From Shigella phage ESh7: a DNA stretch of 39,724 bases. Of this stretch, positions 10,055 to 17,510 are shown piece by piece; position 1 is the first letter of the stretch; every line of letters starts with the position of its first letter. A program made the position numbers and the translations under genes. The notes below the pieces were generated by a model. It was not told the origin of the DNA, made no database searches, and saw only the letters and a list, made by a program, of their open reading frames with translations. The stretch is taken from sequence record ON528720; one strand, written 5' to 3'.

Positions 10055-10337
10055 AGTAACCTTCGACGTTACCGCTGTGATTGACAGTGAATCAGAGAAG
10101 AATCTGAACGAGTTGCTGGTAGACCTAGCTAAGAAGGCCGGGGCTGGCGAGAAGCTGAATCCGTTCAAACAAGAACTGCTTATTCAAGGTCTGACACACG
10201 GGCCGGAAGGTGCTGCTGCGTTCTGGATCAAGCAAGGTCTCCGTGAGTTTATCCGTGATGGTCACAGTGAGTTAAGCTCTACCGAGCAGAAGCTGATGAG
10301 ATTCTCACCTGCAACTGTACGCGAGGTGTTCAAATGA
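10032..10337 (+). CDS. 5.5: gene 5.5 homolog (T7 gp5.5 binds host H-NS)
   Basis: 101-aa ORF, RBS AAGGAGA; synteny. Confidence 0.55.
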   Translation: MAMTKHFKVTFDVTAVIDSESEKNLNELLVDLAKKAGAGEKLNPFKQELLIQGLTHGPEGAAAFWIKQGLREFIRDGHSELSSTEQKLMRFSPATVREVFK

Positions 10338-10543
10338 GTGAATACCTGAAAGTTCTGGCAGCTATCAAGGGTTGCCCTAAGTCCTTTCAGTCGAACTATG
10401 TGCGAAACAATGCTGCTCTCATAGCTGAGGCCGCGTCTCGTGGACACATTAGCTGTTTGACTGTTGGTGGTCGTAATGGTGGAGCGTGGGAGGTCACATC
10501 CTCTGGTGTGCGCTTCCTGAAACGAATGGGAGGTTGCGTATGA
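10334..10543 (+). CDS. 5.7: gene 5.7 homolog
   Basis: 69-aa ORF, same size as T7 gp5.7; start overlaps 5.5 stop. Confidence 0.55.
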   Translation: MSEYLKVLAAIKGCPKSFQSNYVRNNAALIAEAASRGHISCLTVGGRNGGAWEVTSSGVRFLKRMGGCV

Positions 10544-10722
10544 TTATACCTAAGAGTGACACCGTAACTATGACTCGTGATGCTTGTAATGATGTTAGTG
10601 CATCCATTGAGAAGCTGGAGAAAGACCTAGAGTTACTGAATGCTCTCCGAGCGTGTGGTGTGGATAATTGGGATGGCTACTCTGATGCAATCGAGATGGT
10701 TTACGGGGAGGAAGACCTATGA
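10540..10722 (+). CDS. 5.9: gene 5.9 homolog, small acidic protein (T7 gp5.9 inhibits RecBCD)
   Basis: MIIPKSDTVTMTRDACNDVSASIEKLEKDLELLNAL...; acidic; ATGA overlap with 5.7 stop; position before gene 6. Confidence 0.45.
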   Translation: MIIPKSDTVTMTRDACNDVSASIEKLEKDLELLNALRACGVDNWDGYSDAIEMVYGEEDL

Positions 10723-11630
10723 GTTTGATTACCCTCAAAGACTTCGCTGAGATGCGCGAAGGAAAACCGATGGAGAATGGCGTGCTGGTCATGGATGGTG
10801 ACTGGCTTGTGTATCAGTCGATGGCTGCTGCCGAAGTTGAGACGGATTGGGGAGACGACATTTGGACTCTGGAGTGTGACCACGCTAAGGCTCGTAGCAT
10901 TCTTGATTCTGCAATCGAATCATACCGAACCCGCAAGAAGGCGTGGAGAGACGCTATGGTAGTTCTGGCGTTTACCGATGATGTTAACTGGCGTAAGGTG
11001 CTGGTCGATGAGACCTATAAGGAGAACCGCAGGGCGACCCGTAAGCCTGTGGGATACCGTGACTTCCTGTCGAAGCTGTGGGAGCGCGATGAGTTCATTC
11101 ACATCAAAGAGGACATGCTGGAAGGTGATGACGTTATGGGCATCATTGGGTCTGGTCACGAGGTCTTCGGCTTCAAGAAGGCTGTGTTGGTCTCCTGCGA
11201 CAAGGACTTCAAGACTATCCCGGACGTTGACTTCCTGTGGTGTACCACTGGTAACATCTTGACGCAGACCAAAGAGACCGCTGATTGGTGGCATCTCTTC
11301 CAGACCATCAAGGGTGATATGACTGATGGCTACTCCGGGATTCCCGGCTGGGGCGATACGGCAGAAGGTTTCCTGAATGACCCGTTCATTGTGGAGCCTG
11401 TAGAGTCCGTGTTGAAGTCTGGTAAGAACAAGGGGCAGATAGTAACCAAGTGGGTGAAGCGTGCTCCTGATGCGACTGAGACGCTGTGGGACTGCATTAA
11501 ATCCATTGGTGCCAAAGCTGGGATGACCGAGCAGGAAATAATCAAGCAAGGCCAGATGGCTCGCATTCTTCGCTTCGAGGAATACAATTACATTGACAAG
11601 GAGATTTACTTATGGACGCCGCGAAGCTGA
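10719..11630 (+). CDS. 6: 5'-3' exonuclease
   Basis: 303 aa; position and size as T7 gp6 (300 aa). Confidence 0.9.
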   Translation: MSLITLKDFAEMREGKPMENGVLVMDGDWLVYQSMAAAEVETDWGDDIWTLECDHAKARSILDSAIESYRTRKKAWRDAMVVLAFTDDVNWRKVLVDETYKENRRATRKPVGYRDFLSKLWERDEFIHIKEDMLEGDDVMGIIGSGHEVFGFKKAVLVSCDKDFKTIPDVDFLWCTTGNILTQTKETADWWHLFQTIKGDMTDGYSGIPGWGDTAEGFLNDPFIVEPVESVLKSGKNKGQIVTKWVKRAPDATETLWDCIKSIGAKAGMTEQEIIKQGQMARILRFEEYNYIDKEIYLWTPRS

Positions 11631-11725
11631 TTACCATCGCTGTGCTGGTAGGTATGCTGGCGCGAGGTCTCTGGATGTTAGCTCTCATAGTCAGAGACGT
11701 GAAGCGAGACTCAGAGATTAAGTGA
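11612..11725 (+). CDS. 6.3: gene 6.3 homolog, small hydrophobic protein (37 aa)
   Basis: [37 protein letters not shown]; overlaps end of gene 6. Confidence 0.4.
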   Translation: MDAAKLITIAVLVGMLARGLWMLALIVRDVKRDSEIK

Positions 11726-11790
11726 TAAACTCAAGGCTCTCTACAATTAACCCTCACTAAAGGGAAGAGGGAGCCTTTATGATTATTACT
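11724..11790 (+). promoter_or_regulatory. RNase III-type hairpin (AAACTCAAGGCTCTC ... GAGGGAGCCTTTATGATTATT) enclosing a T3 promoter
   Basis: Complementary arms flank the promoter at 11744-11769. Confidence 0.45.
11744..11769 (+). promoter_or_regulatory. T3 RNA polymerase promoter
   Basis: CAATTAACCCTCACTAAAGGGAAGAG. Confidence 0.8.
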
Positions 11791-11818
11791 TTAAGACTTA
11801 ACCTTAAGAGGTGAAATT

Positions 11819-12064
11819 ATGTTACAACCAATTAATCATGTTTTAACTCATCCCGATGATATTCCTAGTATGCCGCGTGCAGCTAAAGAGTATCTACAGG
11901 TGCGCTTCAATCAGACCTATGTGATGGAGTCCGGGGAGTACCGTGCGCTACGCGCTGCTGGATACTCTGAGTCGTTCATTGCGGGTGTGATGCATGGTCT
12001 GTACCTTGCCTCTCGAACACTTGATGAGATTGAGGTGCGTAAAGAGCAACTGAGACAGGGGTAA
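11819..12064 (+). CDS. 6.5: gene 6.5 homolog
   Basis: 81-aa ORF with RBS AAGAGGTGA; synteny. Confidence 0.55.
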   Translation: MLQPINHVLTHPDDIPSMPRAAKEYLQVRFNQTYVMESGEYRALRAAGYSESFIAGVMHGLYLASRTLDEIEVRKEQLRQG

Positions 12065-12068
12065 TCAT

Positions 12069-12320
12069 ATGTGCTGGAAACCGAAGGTGAAAGTCCCTAA
12101 GATGGACACTAACCAGATTCGCGCTGCCGAACCAGCACCTTTGACTGAGCCACCGAAATCTGTGGTATGGGGAGGCGATGACGATGAGGACACCAGCGTG
12201 TCTTCCTCTGAGGTTCCAACCACACAGAGCAGCGGAAAGAGCAGTCTAAAGGTAAAGCTGGATGACAACGCAGCCAAGAACAAGAGTAAATCCTCCATTC
12301 GCTCCAAGGCGTTTGGGTAA
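12069..12320 (+). CDS. 6.7: gene 6.7 homolog (virion protein in T7)
   Basis: MCWKPKVKVPKMDTNQIRAAEPAPLT... matches T7 gp6.7 N-terminus pattern MCFSPKIKTPKMDTNQIRAVEPAP. Confidence 0.65.
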   Translation: MCWKPKVKVPKMDTNQIRAAEPAPLTEPPKSVVWGGDDDEDTSVSSSEVPTTQSSGKSSLKVKLDDNAAKNKSKSSIRSKAFG

Positions 12321-12346
12321 CTGTGACATAACATAGGGGACACATT

Positions 12347-12667
12347 ATGGGATTCTTCAAGAAAGTCAAGAAAGCCGTTAAAAAAGTTGTGAGGGAAGTT
12401 AGCAGACCAGTCGAGAAGGCTGGTAAGGAAGTCGGTAAAGTCGTTGGCGGTGCGCTTGGTGCAGGTAAGCGGGAGATTATCCAACAAGAGGCTCCAGCAC
12501 CAGTAGTGACTGCGCCACCTCCAGCACAGATTGTAGATGTACCTGAACAGGATAAGGCTGAGGGTGAGGATGCGGCGCAAACCGAGAGCTCACGTAAGAA
12601 GGAACGCGCTGGTGGTAAGAAGTCTCTGAGTGTAGCCCGTAGCTCAGGCGGTGGCATCAACATCTAA
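12347..12667 (+). CDS. 7.3: gene 7.3 homolog (tail-associated protein)
   Basis: C-terminus KKSLSVARSSGGGINI identical in pattern to T7 gp7.3. Confidence 0.7.
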   Translation: MGFFKKVKKAVKKVVREVSRPVEKAGKEVGKVVGGALGAGKREIIQQEAPAPVVTAPPPAQIVDVPEQDKAEGEDAAQTESSRKKERAGGKKSLSVARSSGGGINI

Positions 12668-12677
12668 GGAGGACTGA

Positions 12678-14285
12678 ATGGCTGACTCTAAACGTACAGG
12701 CTTAGGCGAAGATGGTGCTAAAGCTACCTATGACCGCCTAACTAACGACCGTAGAGCCTATGAGACTCGTGCGGAAAACTGTGCGCAATACACCATTCCG
12801 TCCTTGTTCCCGAAGGAGTCCGATAACGAATCTACCGACTACACGACTCCGTGGCAGGCTGTAGGTGCGCGGGGTCTCAACAATCTGGCCTCTAAGTTAA
12901 TGCTGGCACTATTCCCGATGCAGTCGTGGATGAAGCTGACCATTAGTGAATATGAGGCGAAGCAGCTTGTTGGAGACCCTGATGGACTCGCTAAGGTGGA
13001 CGAAGGTCTGTCTATGGTTGAGCGTATTATCATGAATTATATCGAATCCAACAGTTACCGTGTAACACTCTTTGAGTGCCTCAAGCAGTTAATCGTGGCT
13101 GGTAACGCACTGCTTTACTTACCGGAACCCGAAGGTAGCTACAATCCGATGAAGCTGTACCGATTGTCTTCTTATGTTGTCCAACGAGACGCATACGGCA
13201 ATGTGTTACAGATTGTCACTCGTGACCAGATAGCCTTTGGTGCTCTCCCGGAAGACGTTCGGTCTGCGGTAGAGAAAGCTGGTGGTGAGAAGAAGATGGA
13301 CGAAATGGTCGATGTGTACACCCATGTATATCTCGATGAAGAGTCCGGCGATTACCTCAAGTACGAGGAAGTAGAGGACGTTGAGATTGATGGCTCCGAT
13401 GCCACCTATCCGACTGACGCTATGCCATACATTCCGGTTCGCATGGTTCGCATTGATGGCGAGTCTTACGGTCGCTCCTACTGTGAAGAATACTTAGGTG
13501 ACTTAAGGTCTCTTGAGAATCTCCAAGAGGCTATCGTTAAGATGAGCATGATTAGCGCGAAGGTCATTGGTCTGGTGAACCCGGCTGGCATTACGCAGCC
13601 ACGTAGATTAACCAAAGCTCAGACTGGTGACTTCGTTCCCGGTCGTCGAGAAGACATTGACTTCCTACAACTGGAGAAGCAAGTTGACTTTACCGTAGCG
13701 AAAGCTGTGAGTGACCAGATAGAAGCACGCTTATCGTATGCCTTTATGTTGAACTCTGCGGTACAGCGCACAGGTGAACGTGTGACAGCCGAAGAGATTC
13801 GATACGTTGCGTCAGAACTGGAAGATACGCTTGGTGGTGTCTATTCGATTCTGTCTCAAGAACTGCAATTGCCTCTGGTTCGTGTGCTATTGAAGCAACT
13901 CCAAGCAACCTCGCAGATTCCTGAGCTACCGAAAGAAGCCGTTGAGCCTACTATCAGTACAGGTCTGGAAGCAATCGGGCGTGGTCAAGACCTCGATAAG
14001 CTGGAGCGCTGTATCTCCGCTTGGGCTGCTCTGGCTCCTATGCAGGGAGACCCGGACATTAACCTTGCTGTCATTAAGCTGCGCATTGCTAACGCCATTG
14101 GTATTGATACTTCTGGTATCCTACTGACGGACGAGCAGAAGCAAGCCCTGATGATGCAGGATGCGGCCCAAACAGGTATCGAGAACGCTGCCGCCACTGG
14201 TGGGGCTGGTGTTGGTGCTCTAGCGACCTCAAGTCCAGAAGCTATGCAGGGTGCCGCAGCACAGGTTGGCCTAGACGCCACCTAA
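12678..14285 (+). CDS. 8: portal (head-tail connector) protein
   Basis: 535 aa vs 536 in T7; synteny before scaffold and capsid. Confidence 0.95.
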   Translation: MADSKRTGLGEDGAKATYDRLTNDRRAYETRAENCAQYTIPSLFPKESDNESTDYTTPWQAVGARGLNNLASKLMLALFPMQSWMKLTISEYEAKQLVGDPDGLAKVDEGLSMVERIIMNYIESNSYRVTLFECLKQLIVAGNALLYLPEPEGSYNPMKLYRLSSYVVQRDAYGNVLQIVTRDQIAFGALPEDVRSAVEKAGGEKKMDEMVDVYTHVYLDEESGDYLKYEEVEDVEIDGSDATYPTDAMPYIPVRMVRIDGESYGRSYCEEYLGDLRSLENLQEAIVKMSMISAKVIGLVNPAGITQPRRLTKAQTGDFVPGRREDIDFLQLEKQVDFTVAKAVSDQIEARLSYAFMLNSAVQRTGERVTAEEIRYVASELEDTLGGVYSILSQELQLPLVRVLLKQLQATSQIPELPKEAVEPTISTGLEAIGRGQDLDKLERCISAWAALAPMQGDPDINLAVIKLRIANAIGIDTSGILLTDEQKQALMMQDAAQTGIENAAATGGAGVGALATSSPEAMQGAAAQVGLDAT

Positions 14286-14305
14286 TAACCCTCACTAAAG
14301 GGAGA
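14283..14305 (+). promoter_or_regulatory. T3 RNA polymerase promoter
   Basis: TAATAACCCTCACTAAAGGGAGA; gene 8 stop codon lies inside it. Confidence 0.8.
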
Positions 14306-14386
14306 CCTCATCTTTGAAATGAGCGATGACTAAAGGTTGGAGTCCTTTGGTTTCCCTTTATCTTTAACAACTTAGGAGATTTAACA

Positions 14387-15319
14387 ATGGCTGAATCTAA
14401 TGCAGACGTTTATGCGTCCTTCGGTGTGAACAACGCGGTAATGACCGGAAGCACACCTACTGAACACGAACAGAATATGCTGAGTCTCGATGTTGCTGCC
14501 CGTGATGGCGATGATGCAATCGTGCTTAGCGAGGAACCAACTTCCCATAACGATGACCCATATGCGGCAGGTGCAGACCCGTTCGCTGGTGGTGAAGATG
14601 ATGAGGGTCGCATTCAGGTTCGTATCAGTGAAGATGGCAATGAAGCCGAGTTAGACACTGCTGGCGATAACTCTGAGGTGGAGACCGAAGGTGATGACGT
14701 TGAGTTTGAACCGCTGGGTGACACTCCAGAAGAACTGAGCCAAGTGACTGAGCAATTAGGCAAGCACGAAGAAGGCTTTCAGGCGATGGTCGAGCAGGCA
14801 GTTGAGCGTGGACTGAGCGCAGACTCTGTGACTCGCATCTACGAAGAGTATGAAGCCGATGGCATCTCTGAGAAATCCTATGCGGAACTCGAAGCTGCTG
14901 GATATAGCCGTGCCTTTGTGGACTCCTACATCTCCGGTCAGGAAGCCCTTGTAGACCAGTACGTCAATCAGGTAGTTGCCTTTGCTGGTGGTAAGGAGCG
15001 CTTTAGCGCAATCCATACGCACCTTGAAGCGACCAACCCGGCTGCGGCTGAGTCCCTTGAGGCTGCCATGATGAACCGAGACTTGGCGACTATCAAAGCG
15101 ATTATCAATCTGGCTGGTGAGAGTTACACGAAGAAATTCGGTAAGCCTGCCAACCGTAGTGTTACCAAGCGTGCTACTCCGGTTAAACCTGTAGCTCGTC
15201 AGAAAGAGGGCTTTACGAATCAGGCTGAGATGATTAAAGCTATGAGTGACCCGCGTTACCGTAGTGATGCTGCCTACCGTCAAATGGTAGAACAGAAGGT
15301 TATCGACTCCAGTTTCTAA
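14387..15319 (+). CDS. 9: capsid assembly (scaffolding) protein
   Basis: 310 aa, highly acidic; position between portal and major capsid. Confidence 0.9.
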   Translation: MAESNADVYASFGVNNAVMTGSTPTEHEQNMLSLDVAARDGDDAIVLSEEPTSHNDDPYAAGADPFAGGEDDEGRIQVRISEDGNEAELDTAGDNSEVETEGDDVEFEPLGDTPEELSQVTEQLGKHEEGFQAMVEQAVERGLSADSVTRIYEEYEADGISEKSYAELEAAGYSRAFVDSYISGQEALVDQYVNQVVAFAGGKERFSAIHTHLEATNPAAAESLEAAMMNRDLATIKAIINLAGESYTKKFGKPANRSVTKRATPVKPVARQKEGFTNQAEMIKAMSDPRYRSDAAYRQMVEQKVIDSSF

Positions 15320-15340
15320 TTAACCCTCACTAAAGGGAGA
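15317..15340 (+). promoter_or_regulatory. T3 RNA polymerase promoter (gene 10 promoter)
   Basis: TAATTAACCCTCACTAAAGGGAGA exact consensus; followed by strong RBS TAAGGAGAT. Confidence 0.85.
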
Positions 15341-15475
15341 GACCATAGATGACTACAATGGTTGAATCACCTGAGCACAGGACTTTGTGGTCACTCCCGT
15401 AGGTGAAACATTGAGAACCAACTCGATTCAAGTAGTAACCAAACTTTTCTTTAAATTAACATAAGGAGATTCAAC

Positions 15476-16519
15476 ATGGCTAACATTCAAGGCGGACAGC
15501 AAATTGGTACTAATCAGGGTAAGGGTCAGTCCGCAGCGGACAAATTGGCGCTGTTCCTGAAAGTGTTCGGCGGTGAAGTCCTGACGGCTTTCGCTCGAAC
15601 CTCCGTGACCATGCCTCGTCACATGCTGCGCTCTATTGCTTCTGGTAAGTCCGCACAGTTCCCTGTGATTGGTCGCACCAAAGCTGCTTACCTGAAACCG
15701 GGTGAGAACCTCGATGACAAACGTAAGGATATCAAACACACCGAGAAGGTAATCCACATTGATGGCCTGCTGACTGCGGACGTTCTGATTTACGACATTG
15801 AAGACGCGATGAACCACTATGACGTTCGCGCCGAGTACACCGCACAGTTGGGTGAATCTCTGGCGATGGCGGCTGACGGTGCTGTACTGGCTGAACTGGC
15901 TGGTCTGGTTAACCTGCCGGACGCCTCCAATGAGAACATCGAGGGTCTCGGTAAGCCTACTGTACTGACTCTGGTTAAGCCGACCACTGGCGACCTGACT
16001 GACCCGGTTGAGCTGGGTAAAGCGATTATCGCTCAGTTGACCGTTGCTCGTGCTGCTCTGACCAAGAACTACGTTCCGGCTGCTGACCGTACTTTCTACA
16101 CCACTCCTGATAACTACTCCGCGATTCTGGCTGCTCTGATGCCGAACGCTGCAAACTATCAGGCACTGATTGACCCTGAGCGCGGTACTATCCGTAACGT
16201 GATGGGCTTCGAAGTGGTTGAGGTTCCGCACCTGACTGCTGGTGGTGCTGGTGATGACCGCGAGGACACTCCGGCTGGCCAGAAGCACGCTTTCCCGGCG
16301 ACTTCCAGCACTACCGTTAAGGTTGCTCTGGATAACGTTGTTGGCCTGTTCCAGCACCGCTCTGCGGTTGGTACGGTCAAGCTGAAAGACTTGGCTCTGG
16401 AGCGCGCTCGTCGTGCGAACTATCAGGCTGACCAGATTATCGCTAAATATGCGATGGGTCACGGCGGTCTGCGTCCAGAAGCTGCTGGCGCTATCGTTCT
16501 CCCAAAGGTGTCGAAGTAA
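15476..16519 (+). CDS. 10A: major capsid protein 10A
   Basis: 347 aa; strong RBS; synteny; most abundant structural gene followed by terminator. Confidence 0.95.
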   Translation: MANIQGGQQIGTNQGKGQSAADKLALFLKVFGGEVLTAFARTSVTMPRHMLRSIASGKSAQFPVIGRTKAAYLKPGENLDDKRKDIKHTEKVIHIDGLLTADVLIYDIEDAMNHYDVRAEYTAQLGESLAMAADGAVLAELAGLVNLPDASNENIEGLGKPTVLTLVKPTTGDLTDPVELGKAIIAQLTVARAALTKNYVPAADRTFYTTPDNYSAILAALMPNAANYQALIDPERGTIRNVMGFEVVEVPHLTAGGAGDDREDTPAGQKHAFPATSSTTVKVALDNVVGLFQHRSAVGTVKLKDLALERARRANYQADQIIAKYAMGHGGLRPEAAGAIVLPKVSK

Positions 16520-16773
16520 TTCCCGACCCCACTGGAGTTACTCTTAGTCAGAAGACTATGAGCTTAGACGTTGGGGCTTCTAAAGCCCTGACTTCTACGG
16601 TAACTCCGGCTGATGCAGTACAGACAGTGACATTTACGTCTTCCAATGCGAAGATTGCCACGGTCGATGCCTCTGGTACTGTAACTGCTGTGGGCGCTGG
16701 CTCCGCTGACATCACTGCGACTACTGTGAATGGCCTGACGGCTGTCTGCAAGGTCACTGTGAGAGCAGTATAG
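15476..16773 (+). CDS. 10B: minor capsid protein 10B (10A plus -1 frameshift C-terminal extension containing an Ig-like Big_2-type domain)
   Basis: -1 frame after CCCAAAG encodes ...[85 protein letters not shown]; T7 makes 10B by -1 frameshift. Confidence 0.55.
16501..16507 (+). promoter_or_regulatory. candidate -1 programmed frameshift slippery heptamer C_CCA_AAG
   Basis: X_XXY_YYZ heptamer in the gene 10A frame, 4 codons before its stop; -1 frame is open from 16447 to 16773. Confidence 0.5.
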
Positions 16774-16830
16774 CCTCCCGTAGAAGGCTAAGGTCTTTAC
16801 CGGGGATTTACTTTCCTTCATTACTTTATG

Positions 16831-16872
16831 AACCCCTTGGGTGCCCTCTGAGGGTATCTGAGGGGTTTTTTT
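16831..16872 (+). terminator. T-phi-like transcription terminator
   Basis: AACCCCTTGGGTGCCCTCTGAGGGTATCTGAGGGGTTTTTTTG: GC stem-loop plus U-tract, same architecture as T7 T-phi. Confidence 0.8.
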
Positions 16873-16874
16873 GC

Positions 16875-16897
16875 TTTAAACCCTCACTAACAGGAGG
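16875..16897 (+). promoter_or_regulatory. T3 RNA polymerase promoter (AACAGGAGG variant)
   Basis: TTTAAACCCTCACTAACAGGAGG. Confidence 0.7.
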
Positions 16898-16904
16898 TAA
16901 CATC

Positions 16905-17495
16905 ATGCGCTCTTATGAGATGAACATTGAGACCGCAGAAGAGCTATCAGCCGTCAACGACATTCTGGCTTCCATCGGTGAGCCACCAGTATCAACCCTT
17001 GAGGGTGATGCGAATGCTGACGTTGCGAATGCTCGACGTGTACTCAATAAGATTAACCGACAGATTCAGTCACGAGGATGGACGTTCAATATCGAAGAGG
17101 GTGTTACCCTTCTGCCTGATGCGTTCTCTGGCATGATTCCATTTAGCTCTGACTACCTGTCAGTAATGGCAACCAGCGGTCAGACCCAATATATCAACCG
17201 TGGTGGCTATCTCTATGACCGCTCTGCGAAGACTGACCGATTCCCCGCTGGTGTTCAGGTCAACCTGATTCGCCTGAGAGAGTTCGATGAGATGCCTGAG
17301 TGCTTCCGTAACTACATCGTCACCAAGGCTTCCCGCCAGTTTAACAACCGCTTCTTCGGTGCGCCGGAGGTAGAAGGAGTGTTGCATGAAGAGGAACAGG
17401 AAGCGTGGCGTGCGTGCTTCGAGTACGAACTAGACTACGGCAACTACAACATGCTGGACGGTGACGCATTCACCTCTGGTCTACTTAACCGCTAA
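16905..17495 (+). CDS. 11: tail tubular protein A
   Basis: 196 aa, same as T7 gp11; synteny. Confidence 0.9.
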   Translation: MRSYEMNIETAEELSAVNDILASIGEPPVSTLEGDANADVANARRVLNKINRQIQSRGWTFNIEEGVTLLPDAFSGMIPFSSDYLSVMATSGQTQYINRGGYLYDRSAKTDRFPAGVQVNLIRLREFDEMPECFRNYIVTKASRQFNNRFFGAPEVEGVLHEEEQEAWRACFEYELDYGNYNMLDGDAFTSGLLNR

Positions 17496-17510
17496 TCATA
17501 AGGAGGCTCT

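Noticed and set aside
16558-16773. Stand-alone 71-aa gene downstream of the capsid gene
   Set aside because: No RBS ahead of the ATG at 16558 and the frame is open upstream to 16447; better explained as the -1 frameshift extension of gene 10 (10B).
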